A DNA stretch of 64,000 nucleotides from Candidatus Altimarinota bacterium (GCA_039809385.1 JBDHUY010000002.1:96001-160000); one strand, 5' to 3'; numbered from the stretch's first letter, positions 38,864 to 48,604 are shown. Notes: generated from the letters alone by a model not told the origin. Made by a program: numbers and translations.

Positions 38864-40066
38864 CTAATCATTTTTGGGCTTAACTTTTGTACCATCAACC
38901 GTAATGGTAATTTTGGGCTTATTGGAGGGAATCGGCGTGGAGTTTGGAAGAGGAGTAGGTCGAGGAGTCGCTGCCGGCCTGCCGCCAGTGGCCGTACCTG
39001 GTCTGGCCCCGGGAGGAGAGGAACTTCTGATACGTGCAGGATCATTACCGGTAAGTCGCTTATACTCAAGATCGAGCAAATCCCGCGCGTCTTCGTGGGT
39101 ATTAAAGATAACTAAACTTATTCCCTCAAATTGGTTCTTCTCGTTGACACGACCATATCGTACTTGTTCAATCACAACTCCACAAAATCCTTTGTTTCCT
39201 CCGCTCGTTACAAATACCGGTCCGCCTGATATACCTCTAAGATCATAATTGGGATCTATCTTGAGGCAAAAACGATTTGTCAGGGGACGATCGAGGCTCG
39301 ATTGGTTATTACTACGATTTTGCGTCTGCGGTTGAGATTTTTTGATAATATACGCTAATTCATCTACTTCATTGACCGTATATAAGCATTTTCCGGTTAT
39401 CGTCATAAATCCCTCATCTCGAAAATAGCCGGATATCTTGGCTTGCTGCCCATTTACATCAGGGATGTCACGGAGGGAAGCTGTCGGATCATACTGAAGC
39501 GCTGAAGCTAAATTAAGTTGATAGTCCGGATTATTTTTATAGCAAACACAACTCATCAGGGCCATATCCCTGGCGCCGGCCACCGTGGTATAACGATCCG
39601 GCATATTATCGGCCACATGTTCGGCGGTGAGTATATAGAGGTTATTGGCAATATTTACAAAACTGCCATTACCGCTACCGCCATTTGGCCCTAGTAATTG
39701 TATATTTGGAAGATTGTTTGCCTCTGCTCGAGTTATTTTTGGAAAATTCACCTGGGCCATCGGTAATTTCTCATAATTTTCCAACCAACGTCTTAACCTT
39801 GCCGATAAAACTGCTTCTTGCGCCAATGCTTGTTCCGGGGTTAAGCCCAGCAGAGTCAGGAATGCTACGACTCCGGGCACATCCCGGGTCAGAAAGTTTC
39901 TTCGCAAAGGGTCAAAGTTGGCAGGTCCTATACTCTGCAAAATCCACTTCATGATGTTTTCAAAAGGCGCCCTCAAATCCGTTAACAACCCGGAACTTAT
40001 TCCTTCTTTATCAAGAAGACTTTTCGGTGGAGAGACTTCTTTACAAGTGCCCGTACTTTCCGACAT
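38864..40066 (-). CDS. Trypsin-like (S1) serine protease with internal twin-arginine-like signal and Pro-rich tail
   Basis: Triad motifs LTAEHV, RDMAL, GISGGPV; RRNFL...FLTLLGL...ALAQ. Start uncertain. Confidence 0.8.
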   Translation of the reverse strand: MSESTGTCKEVSPPKSLLDKEGISSGLLTDLRAPFENIMKWILQSIGPANFDPLRRNFLTRDVPGVVAFLTLLGLTPEQALAQEAVLSARLRRWLENYEKLPMAQVNFPKITRAEANNLPNIQLLGPNGGSGNGSFVNIANNLYILTAEHVADNMPDRYTTVAGARDMALMSCVCYKNNPDYQLNLASALQYDPTASLRDIPDVNGQQAKISGYFRDEGFMTITGKCLYTVNEVDELAYIIKKSQPQTQNRSNNQSSLDRPLTNRFCLKIDPNYDLRGISGGPVFVTSGGNKGFCGVVIEQVRYGRVNEKNQFEGISLVIFNTHEDARDLLDLEYKRLTGNDPARIRSSSPPGARPGTATGGRPAATPRPTPLPNSTPIPSNKPKITITVDGTKVKPKND

Positions 40067-40201
40067 ATCAGTATGTTCAACAAGAGGTAAAACTTTATTT
40101 TCCGAATTTGTCTTAATTTTAGGACAACAGTGACTTGTGTCAAGCCAACATGACATAACCTGTAACCGTTCAGACCTTGAGGCATACCTCCAGCGGTTTC
40201 A

Positions 40202-40231
40202 TTGACAAAAAGTGTACACTCTCCGTATAAT
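40202..40231 (+). promoter_or_regulatory. Consensus sigma70 promoter with embedded palindromic operator
   Basis: TTGACA-18 nt-TATAAT; the spacer contains AGTGTACACT; 35 nt upstream of the antitoxin gene. Confidence 0.8.
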
Positions 40232-40266
40232 TTCGGTGTCTCTAGCTCGTTAAACATGCAACGCCT

Positions 40267-40506
40267 ATGGAGCCACAAATCATCGGCATGAAGGCACTCA
40301 GGAACAATTTACGGAAAATTGCGGAATTAACTCAAAAGGGACATTCTTACATTGTTGTACGCAATTCAAAACCTATTTTTCGTATCAATCCGCTCATCCC
40401 AAGTCCGTCAAAAAAGTACACCCTGGCAGACTTCAAACGGCTACGATTCAAGAACAGCGACAAAAACCTGAGCAAGAACGTTGATTTGTATTTATATGGT
40501 TCCTGA
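40267..40506 (+). CDS. Phd/YefM-family antitoxin (orphan)
   Basis: IIGMKALRNNLRKIAELTQKGHSYIVVRNSKPIFRINP matches the Phd/YefM N-terminal pattern. Confidence 0.8.
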   Translation: MEPQIIGMKALRNNLRKIAELTQKGHSYIVVRNSKPIFRINPLIPSPSKKYTLADFKRLRFKNSDKNLSKNVDLYLYGS

Positions 40507-40524
40507 CCATCCAGCCTCTGGGCA

Positions 40525-40845
40525 GGGCAGACACGTGGGTCTGCCCCAACCAGGGGCCCGGATCGGCCCCAACGGGAAACGGAGGTACTCCCCCACGGAG
40601 GGCTAGATTCCAACAGTCGTATAGCCAGCTCCCCTGGCCCCACCTAGCTCCTAACGCCCAACCCCAAACTCCCTTCTCCTTTCCCCTGCTTCTGCTGTAA
40701 ACTGTTAGCTGTCAGCCCTTCCCTTCCCCAACTCCTAACTCCGTTCTCCCCTTCCCAATAATTCAGGCAGACACACAGGTCTCCTCTAAGGGGGGCTGCC
40801 CTACATCAACCCAACACTCCCCTCTCCTAACTCCGCTCTCCCTAC
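40525..40845. repeat. Cluster of REP palindromes and CTAACTC heptamers
   Basis: GGGCAGACACGTGGGTCTGCCCCAAC (40525-40550), GGCAGACACACAGGTCT (~40766), and repeated CCTAACTCC / CCTAGCTCC. Confidence 0.7.
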
Positions 40846-40849
40846 TTCC

Positions 40850-42877
40850 ATGTCCACCTCCCACATTCGCAATTTCTGTATCATAGCCCATATCGATCAC
40901 GGCAAATCCACACTGGCCGACCGTTTTTTGGAAGTCACCGGCACCATTTCCAAACGCGAAATGAAGCACGAACAAATGCTCGATACCATGGAGCTCGAGC
41001 AGGAACGCGGCATTACGATCAAGCTGCAACCGGTACGGATGAGCTGGAAACATAGCGGTCAGGGAGAAGGAGCTAGGGATCAGAAGCTAGAAGCTAGGGA
41101 TTTCAAATCCCCTCTAGAGAGGGGTGGCCCGGAGGGCCGGGGTGTGTACCTCGAAGGCACGAACACACAAGTAACTAGCGGTCAGCGGTCAGCGATCAGC
41201 GGTCAGTTGGGACAAGAGGCCGACAGCCGACAGCTGACAGCTGGCAGCAGTGCCCCCTCCCCTAACTCACAACTCCTAACTCCCAGCTCCTACCAGTTGA
41301 ATCTCATCGACACTCCCGGTCACGTCGATTTTCAATACGAAGTATCCCGGTCGCTAGCCGCTTGCGAAGGAGCGATTCTGGTGGTGGATGCCACCCAGGG
41401 CATCGAAGCCCAAACCTTGTCCAACACCTACCTGGCGCTCGAGCACAACCTCACCATTATTCCAGTGATTAATAAGATCGATCTGCCAGCGGCTGATGTG
41501 GAAAAAGTAACCAAAGAACTGGTCGAAGTGCTGGGCATCAAACCTGAAGAAGTTATTCCGATATCGGCCAAAGAAGGCACCAATGTCGATAAGGTGCTCG
41601 ACCGGATCGTCGAACTTGTCCCGCCCCCCTCATTGCATAAAGACGCCCAAGAAGTAAAAGCGCTGATCTTTGACTCGGTGTATGACAATTACAAGGGAGT
41701 CGTGACGTATATGAAAGTGGTTTCAGGTTCGATAAAAAGAGGAGACACCATGTATCTGCTTTCCAACCACCAAAAAATGGAGGTGCTCGAAGTCGGCTAT
41801 TTCAGCCCGAAGTATAAAGCATGCGATACCTTAGGCGAAGGCGAGATCGGGTATATCGTGACGGGACTCAAGAGCGTGCGGGATGCGAAAGTCGGCGATA
41901 CGATCTGGAAAGGCGCCGACCTGAACACCGCGGTTGCTCTGCCGGGGTACAAAAAGGTGGTGCCACTGGTGTTCGCTTCGGTATTTCCGATTGACGGCGA
42001 AGAGTACCCGGCGTTGCGTGATTCGATGGAAAAACTGAGTCTCAATGACAGCTCGTTTACGTTTGAACCCGACAACTCCCCTGCCCTGGGGCATGGTTTC
42101 CGTTGCGGTTTTTTGGGACTCTTGCATATGGAGATCGTGCAGGAGCGGCTGGAACGCGAGTATGATCTGAACCTGATCGTCACCGCACCGAGTGTTTCGT
42201 ACAAAATCATTACGATCAAAGACGAGGAAGTCACCATCAGCAACCCGTCCGAGCTCCCCGACCGGTCGGTGTATCAGACGATTCTGGAACCGTATACCAA
42301 AGTTGAGATCATTACGCCGACCAAGTATCTGGGCGGGATTCTGGAACTGATCAAGGATAAACGCGGAATTTATAAAAACACTTCCTATCTGGATACCGAC
42401 CGGGTGTTGCTGACGAACGAGATTCCGCTGGCCGAGATCATTATCGACTTTTTCGATTCGCTCAAAAGTATTTCTTCGGGATATGCCTCGATGAGCTACG
42501 AGCTGCTGGACTACCGGGCTGACGATCTGGTAAAGCTGGACGTGTTGGTGGCGGGCGATAAGGTGGAGGCTTTAAGTAATATCGTGCATGAGAAAAAGGC
42601 GGTTTCGGTAGGAATCGATATTACCAAACGGCTGAAAGACTTGATTCCGCGGGCGCAGTTTCCGATTCCGCTGCAGGCCGGTATCGGCGCGCGGATTATT
42701 GCCCGCGAAACCATTCCTGCCTACCGCAAGGACGTGACCGGCTACCTCTACGGCGGCGACGTGTCGCGGAAAAAGAAGCTGCTCGAAAAGCAGAAAAAGG
42801 GGAAAAAGCGCATGAAGCAGATCGGCAAGATCGCTATTTCCCAAGAAGCCTTTTTGGCAGTGTTGAAGCGGGGGTAA
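40850..42877 (+). CDS. lepA: Elongation factor 4 (LepA) with an ~80-aa in-frame insertion
   Basis: IRNFCIIAHIDHGKSTLADR, ERGITIK, NLIDTPGHVDF, NKID, GFRCGFLGLLH, YGGDVSRKKKLLEKQKKGKKRMK. Confidence 0.98.
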   Translation: MSTSHIRNFCIIAHIDHGKSTLADRFLEVTGTISKREMKHEQMLDTMELEQERGITIKLQPVRMSWKHSGQGEGARDQKLEARDFKSPLERGGPEGRGVYLEGTNTQVTSGQRSAISGQLGQEADSRQLTAGSSAPSPNSQLLTPSSYQLNLIDTPGHVDFQYEVSRSLAACEGAILVVDATQGIEAQTLSNTYLALEHNLTIIPVINKIDLPAADVEKVTKELVEVLGIKPEEVIPISAKEGTNVDKVLDRIVELVPPPSLHKDAQEVKALIFDSVYDNYKGVVTYMKVVSGSIKRGDTMYLLSNHQKMEVLEVGYFSPKYKACDTLGEGEIGYIVTGLKSVRDAKVGDTIWKGADLNTAVALPGYKKVVPLVFASVFPIDGEEYPALRDSMEKLSLNDSSFTFEPDNSPALGHGFRCGFLGLLHMEIVQERLEREYDLNLIVTAPSVSYKIITIKDEEVTISNPSELPDRSVYQTILEPYTKVEIITPTKYLGGILELIKDKRGIYKNTSYLDTDRVLLTNEIPLAEIIIDFFDSLKSISSGYASMSYELLDYRADDLVKLDVLVAGDKVEALSNIVHEKKAVSVGIDITKRLKDLIPRAQFPIPLQAGIGARIIARETIPAYRKDVTGYLYGGDVSRKKKLLEKQKKGKKRMKQIGKIAISQEAFLAVLKRG

Positions 42878-42949
42878 GTATTATTTTTAAAAGTATCAAT
42901 GGTGTATAACGCTTCATGTACAAACTAGTTATCTAAAATAAGAATTTTT

Positions 42950-43357
42950 ATGGATATCAACTTAATTACAATCTTATTACCAATACTAGGTATTATAATT
43001 GGTGCGCTTTTACAATCGTTGCTTTCTCGTAAAAACACAAGCTATGAAAGTTTTTCAAATTTAAGATATGAAGCTTACAAAGATTATATAAATGCTGTAG
43101 CAATACTTGCGAGGTCTCAATCAGAAGCTGAAATGGCTACTGTTAATAGTAAATTAGCCGATGCCAAAGCAAGAATTGTAATATTTGGTTCAAAAGAAGT
43201 AATCCAGAATATTGCTGAACTAGAACGAGTAGGCAATGTTTTGATAAAATCAAAAGCACTTCTAATTTTTGAAAAGATTGTAAAAGAGATGAGAGCTTCA
43301 AAAGTCAAAGTTCCAGATAAAGACATGCGAATGCTCTTATTTGGTGACCATAAATAA
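42950..43357 (+). CDS. Hypothetical AT-rich membrane-anchored protein
   Basis: 135-aa ORF with an N-terminal TM; visibly more AT-rich than lepA. Confidence 0.7.
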   Translation: MDINLITILLPILGIIIGALLQSLLSRKNTSYESFSNLRYEAYKDYINAVAILARSQSEAEMATVNSKLADAKARIVIFGSKEVIQNIAELERVGNVLIKSKALLIFEKIVKEMRASKVKVPDKDMRMLLFGDHK

Positions 43358-43578
43358 AAAAACTCCCTCTTTTGCGGTAACAGGTTCCTGAAAGAACCTC
43401 TGTCGCAGGAGCAAGAGATCCAATAAGAATCGCAAATTCAATACATTAACGAAGGAAATAGAGACATTTGAAAGTTTTGTTTATAGACCGAAACAGGTCA
43501 GGAGACCTGTTCCTGCGAATGAAGAACGCGAGTCACATAAAAAAGGACTATAAAATAGCTCTTCGCCATAGCACCCCT

Positions 43579-44753
43579 TCTGGTTCCAAGTTGTACTTGG
43601 AACCCCACTGTCCCGTACATTACCATCGTTTGCGTGCCCAAACACCGGAGTTCTATGCACAACACATGATTGTCCAGAACGTTGCCTTTCTGGTTCCAGG
43701 TTGTACCTGGAACCTCCATGTTCCGCGCATAAACTATGTTTGAGTGCCAAAACATTGAAGCCCGCTTCTGGTTCCAAGTTGCACTTGGAACCTCAATGTT
43801 ACACACCGCACCATCGTTTGGGTGCCCAAACATAGGAGTTCCATGTACAACATGGAACTAGAAAACAAAAGAGAAACCAGAAAATACCAAAACTAAAATT
43901 TTCATAACTTTTCCCATGAGAATCTGGTTCCAGCTTGCAGCTGGAACATTTTTGTCTTACGCTCAGAACAAATTCTTCTATATTTCCACTATGCCTTCAC
44001 CGCGCATCAGCACATCTTTTCCAAATGACATCTACTTTCTCACCTGCACTGTCATCGAATGGATCGATATTTTTACCAAACCCGAGTATTTTCGTGTGCT
44101 AACGGATAGCCTAACATTCTGCCAGAAACAGAAGGGACTGATTGTTTATGCATACGTCTTTATGACCAACCATATCCATTTTATCGCTCAATCAAATCAA
44201 AGCCCTTTGCATGCAATCATACGAGATTTCAAAAGACATACCACAAAAGAGATCAAGAAGCTTCTGCTAACAGACAATCGCCACTATATTAATACACTCC
44301 TCTCTCATTCCTACGCCAGAAAACATGGTTCGGATTTTCAGATCTGGCAGCGCGAAAACTTTGCCGAACACATTCAGAGCGAAGCCATGATGCTTTCCAA
44401 AGTAGAATATATTCATCAAAATCCGGTCAAGAAGAACTATGTTATACAACCGGAAAACTGGTTCTATTCATCGGCACGATTCTATACGATGAATAACGAA
44501 GATCTGGTGAAATTGCATCGTTTGAGTGGTGAAAACATAGTAGTTCCAGGTACAACCTGGAACTAGAAAATACGCCAGTCCCTGCCGGCAGCTTTTCACA
44601 AAAAACGACTTCAAAATTCCACGTACACAAAAACACCGACATATTGTCAAAAAAATATCCCTCTCTGGTTCCAAGTTGCACTTGGAACCCCACTGTCCCG
44701 CACATTACAATCGTTCGAGTGCCCAAACACCGGAGTTCTATGTACAACACATG
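43579..44753. mobile_element. RAYT-REP/REPIN locus
   Basis: Seven palindromes of type TCTGGTTCCAAGTTGCACTTGGAACC at 43579, 43689, 43767, 43837 (inverted), 43923, 44542 (inverted) and 44664 around a RAYT gene; 90-bp direct repeats at 43579-43668 and 44664-44753. Confidence 0.88.
43991..44566 (+). CDS. REP-associated tyrosine transposase (RAYT, Y1 HUH family)
   Basis: YFLTCTVIEWIDIF, YVFMTNHIH (HUH), RDFKRHT, IWQ, YIHQNPVK, YSSA. Confidence 0.92.
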   Translation: MPSPRISTSFPNDIYFLTCTVIEWIDIFTKPEYFRVLTDSLTFCQKQKGLIVYAYVFMTNHIHFIAQSNQSPLHAIIRDFKRHTTKEIKKLLLTDNRHYINTLLSHSYARKHGSDFQIWQRENFAEHIQSEAMMLSKVEYIHQNPVKKNYVIQPENWFYSSARFYTMNNEDLVKLHRLSGENIVVPGTTWN

Positions 44754-44882
44754 GCGGGTTCAGGTTTCTTGATTGTATCGAACCAAGTTTTCGAATTATC
44801 AAGATACTCAGTTGTAAAAGATTGAATGCTAACTTAGAATGCTTCACTATAGAAAGTGAGATTTTTTAACACCTCTTCTTTA

Positions 44883-45749
44883 ATGAAGCACCGAAACTCC
44901 CCCACTCAGCTCCCGGTTACGTTGATGGAACAACGAAACATACTCGAAACCGACGCACAACGGAAGCTACCGGACGAAAAACAGTATGTTCATTATCCAG
45001 ACCTCGGTTTGCTCAAAAGCCTTCTGGAAAGCTGCAAACTCCCGACCGAGATTTTTGACCAAACCTATGCAGACACATTGCACATTCGCGAAATCCTGGA
45101 TGATCCCGAGTTGAAAGTACTTGGTCGTGTCGAGCAAACCTTGCAGGCTTCTCAACAACTGATTGATCAGCTGGTTTCAATCATTCTGGAGCATCCCTCA
45201 AAATATAAGGATCACCTTGATATACTCTACCAATACTTAAGCGAAGAGGACGACTTGGAAGAGGTAGACGTCATCCTGGTATGCGGATGGAAACACCTGG
45301 ATCGGGCCCAAAAAGCGATTGAACTCTACCGGCAAGGCGTCAGTCCGATACTGCTCTTTAGCGGCGGACATCCGAGATACGACCCTCGACCGGCCGAAGC
45401 GCTGATCTATCGAGATTATGCACTACAAAACGGCATTGCGGCAACCGCTATTCTTACCGAAGAAAAATCGATTTCGCTCCCCGGGAATATCATTGCTTCG
45501 TTGAACCTTTTGGAAGACCGTCAAATACCTGTAAAAAGGATCAGGCTGGTCTGTTCTCCTTTTGCCCAAAGGCGGGCCTGGTCCCATCTCAAAAAGTTTA
45601 CTCCGGACAATCTACGGATTGTTCGGATGAACGCTACTTCCCTACCAGAAATGACCCAGGAGACTTGGCTTCAGACAGAAAGTTCATTAAAACGCATCCT
45701 CAACGAATTTTTCAAAATGTTGGCGGCCATGATGTTCAATACCGCTTAA
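44883..45749 (+). CDS. DUF218 / YdcF-ElyC family protein
   Basis: DVILVCG, RAQKAIELY, LFSGG, EA...GI...ILTEEKS, PFAQRRA. Start uncertain. Confidence 0.82.
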   Translation: MKHRNSPTQLPVTLMEQRNILETDAQRKLPDEKQYVHYPDLGLLKSLLESCKLPTEIFDQTYADTLHIREILDDPELKVLGRVEQTLQASQQLIDQLVSIILEHPSKYKDHLDILYQYLSEEDDLEEVDVILVCGWKHLDRAQKAIELYRQGVSPILLFSGGHPRYDPRPAEALIYRDYALQNGIAATAILTEEKSISLPGNIIASLNLLEDRQIPVKRIRLVCSPFAQRRAWSHLKKFTPDNLRIVRMNATSLPEMTQETWLQTESSLKRILNEFFKMLAAMMFNTA

Positions 45750-45919
45750 CATACAAGCAGTTCTGAACCTTTTATAGTTAACATTGCCAACTGGTCTTGT
45801 GCTCTTTGATATTTAAACATCGTTATACGCTATGTCGCATTTGACCTGAAAGAGAACGCGGCGTTGTTTTTTCGGACAAGTTCTGGTATGATAATGGGAT
45901 ATATCTTTCCTTCAAAGCG

Positions 45920-48604
45920 GTGAAAAACATTTTACATTGCCATATCTATCGCGACTTTGGACGGTCTGGGAATGTTGTCTATGACAGAGATAGCCCTCAA
46001 AGCCAAGAAGTCCAGCAGCCATCTACCGAAATAGAGAAGCAGCAAAATAATTTTGCGGCAGATATTGAACGATACAAGACGTACGGATATGCATTGGTAT
46101 TCAAGCCGGAACCAGGGAATGCCGATAAAGGTAAATTTGAGTTTCAAACGACCAATACAGCCGAAAAAACGTATAAGGATGAGGCTAAAAAATTCCTGCA
46201 ACGAATAAACGATCAGAAAGATCTGTATATTCCGCTTTTTAAATCAATTCAAGCTGAGAATGCACGAATACTTGCGGAAAGAGAGAAAACCGAAAAAGAT
46301 ACAAAAAAACGATTGAAAGAACATGGAGAAAACATTGAAAACGAAGAAGCGACGAGAGTACGCACATTTTTATTAGAGAAAGCCCAAGAGAAAAAGGATG
46401 CCACAATCGATGAGAAAATCGACTTTTATAAAGAGCTTACCGATAAATGGGAAAAAAGCATATGGGCTCATTATCTTGTAAAGGAGCACATCTTTCTGGA
46501 AGGACAGTACATCGCTTTTGACGAGCAGGGAAACATGTCAGTTGAACCAAACGCTAGCGAGGATGACAGGAAGTTGCTGAACGCTATCAGCCGAAATGAC
46601 ATTTTGCTGACATTGATGCCCAATAGAGATATAAATTACACAAAAACAACGCCCGAGAAATTCAGGAAGGACATCGATAACGCTTTGAAAGATTTGGGAA
46701 TCGAAACGGTAGTCAATGGGAAACGTGCCGATATAGAGGCCATAATTGCTAAGATCGAAGCAAAGGTCTCGGCAGAAACGACTCCTGAGAAAAAAAGCAA
46801 GATATTGGCTTTGCGTTCCCTGTACGAAAGTATGTATAAGGCCGAAGAAGGTTCCGGGATCATCCTGGATCAGGCCATCAAGAGTAAAGCCGAAACCGAT
46901 TTGGAAGGTTTTAAGAAACTAAATCAGGCGAAAATTAATACAAATACGATTGAAAATGCCGAAGTACGAAAAATAGTGGACGCACAGTTTAAAAATGCCA
47001 GCGAGTATTTCAAGGTAAATCCGGATGGTTCGATTACGCCAAAACTTAACGGAGAAGCTTCCGGAAACCAGCCAGATAAAAAAGTAACGGTCGATTCTTT
47101 TCTCAACGATCCCATCGGCGCTTTGGTTGATCAATTTGCCCAGATGCACCCTCTGGCAAAAATGGCCGTTTTGGCCGGAATTTTGTATGGATTATTCAAC
47201 GACAAAGCCCGTCCACGGATTATTGGGAGCGTCGCAGCTCTAGGATTTTTGGGAACGGATTTTGGCAAGAAGCTGACCGGTGAAACTATCGATCAGACAA
47301 AAAGAATTACAAATACCGTCGAAAATGTTGGAGTTGGCCTAAAGGAAAAATTAAAAATGAGTGATACGTATAAAAAAACATTAAATTACTTAAAATCAAC
47401 TTTTCCTTGGTTATATAGCACTGTGATTGAACCCATAGCAAATACTGTAGAGGAAGTTCCTTCTATCTATGCACTTGGTATATTATCTAACAAAAATCCA
47501 ACCGGAAGAGACGTAGCCGAGATGTACCGAAACGGAGATACCCAGGATTCTTCTAAATTAACATTTAAAAAGCTATGTGATGAACAAGCCGGTGAATTTA
47601 AACTCGATAATCAAACCTACAAAGATGCAGTTGATAAGTATATCAAGAAGAAGATCAACGATGATAATACCTGGCTCACCAAACTGGAAGGAGACCCCTA
47701 TGGCGGGAAAACTTTTACGGAAATACTAACTACGCTGTATCCGAAAGAAACGACGAGTACACCATCATCAACACCACCAGTTGTTCCGACTATTCCAACA
47801 CCTGAGAACATAGAAGATACAGATAAAGAAAAGGCCAGTTATAAATTTCTGGAACGAGTTGCAGCAGTACTACCAAATGACAGCTCTCCTGCTTACATAA
47901 AATCCAACGGCTACTATAATTTGTGCTTCACCATAGCTGGCAAACACTTCAAAGCGCCGATATCCATAGATAATCCGGTTAATAACGAAGAGTTCGGCAT
48001 TTTTGAACTAAGTCAAGCCGGCAATGTAGCCAGTACGAAAGCACAAGGCCAAGGTTTACAGAAAGCATACAAGACAATCGAAAATTTTAAAAATAATGTT
48101 GTGAATGATGTAACGACAGCTTCAGTGACACCCCCGCCTGCCCCGACAGCAGCAGCTCCCAAGCCTAGCCCTGAACAAGCCATTGCGAGCGGGATAGCTG
48201 CCGTAGAACGATATAATTCAGGGTGGTCGGACAAGACCTTAAATTCAGGTCAGATCAACAACATTCAAGTCGATCGTTTCTTGGGGACGTCAAGCGCCGG
48301 AGCCGATTATTACATCGTAAAATCAGAAGGAAAAGATTGTCTCTTAAGAGTCTATAGTTCGGGAAACGATGAAATATCGATTTGTGAAATCAATAACGGC
48401 TCTGTCAAAGATGATGATTGGGCAGCATATATTAGCGGACTAGAAGCAGAAAGAAAGTTCCAGGACATAGAGATTGATGGTAGTGGCTGGGCATGGGGAA
48501 CATATGTCCCCTGGTTTGATGACGATTTGACAACGGAAGATCTAAAAGATCCCCGATTCCGTAACCTGGCGACAGCATTGGCTGCTAAAAAAAGCGGAAA
48601 ATAG
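45920..48604 (+). CDS. Large hypothetical protein (894 aa) with a hydrophobic hairpin and a domain shared with 21621-24098
   Basis: Coiled-coil N-terminal half; MAVLAGILYGLF...IIGSVAALGFLG; Pro/Thr linkers flanking an NGYYNLCF domain. Confidence 0.8.
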   Translation: MKNILHCHIYRDFGRSGNVVYDRDSPQSQEVQQPSTEIEKQQNNFAADIERYKTYGYALVFKPEPGNADKGKFEFQTTNTAEKTYKDEAKKFLQRINDQKDLYIPLFKSIQAENARILAEREKTEKDTKKRLKEHGENIENEEATRVRTFLLEKAQEKKDATIDEKIDFYKELTDKWEKSIWAHYLVKEHIFLEGQYIAFDEQGNMSVEPNASEDDRKLLNAISRNDILLTLMPNRDINYTKTTPEKFRKDIDNALKDLGIETVVNGKRADIEAIIAKIEAKVSAETTPEKKSKILALRSLYESMYKAEEGSGIILDQAIKSKAETDLEGFKKLNQAKINTNTIENAEVRKIVDAQFKNASEYFKVNPDGSITPKLNGEASGNQPDKKVTVDSFLNDPIGALVDQFAQMHPLAKMAVLAGILYGLFNDKARPRIIGSVAALGFLGTDFGKKLTGETIDQTKRITNTVENVGVGLKEKLKMSDTYKKTLNYLKSTFPWLYSTVIEPIANTVEEVPSIYALGILSNKNPTGRDVAEMYRNGDTQDSSKLTFKKLCDEQAGEFKLDNQTYKDAVDKYIKKKINDDNTWLTKLEGDPYGGKTFTEILTTLYPKETTSTPSSTPPVVPTIPTPENIEDTDKEKASYKFLERVAAVLPNDSSPAYIKSNGYYNLCFTIAGKHFKAPISIDNPVNNEEFGIFELSQAGNVASTKAQGQGLQKAYKTIENFKNNVVNDVTTASVTPPPAPTAAAPKPSPEQAIASGIAAVERYNSGWSDKTLNSGQINNIQVDRFLGTSSAGADYYIVKSEGKDCLLRVYSSGNDEISICEINNGSVKDDDWAAYISGLEAERKFQDIEIDGSGWAWGTYVPWFDDDLTTEDLKDPRFRNLATALAAKKSGK

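Noticed and set aside
41051-41290. Intein or group I/II intron in lepA
   Set aside because: No intein C-terminal HN/HQ-(C/S/T) junction, no recognisable intron core or GTGCG...AY ends; the sequence is made of local repeat families.
43579-43947. Regularly spaced ~26-bp palindromic repeats resembling a CRISPR array
   Set aside because: Spacers resemble each other, lengths are irregular, some copies are inverted, there are no cas genes, and a RAYT is adjacent. They are better explained as REPs.
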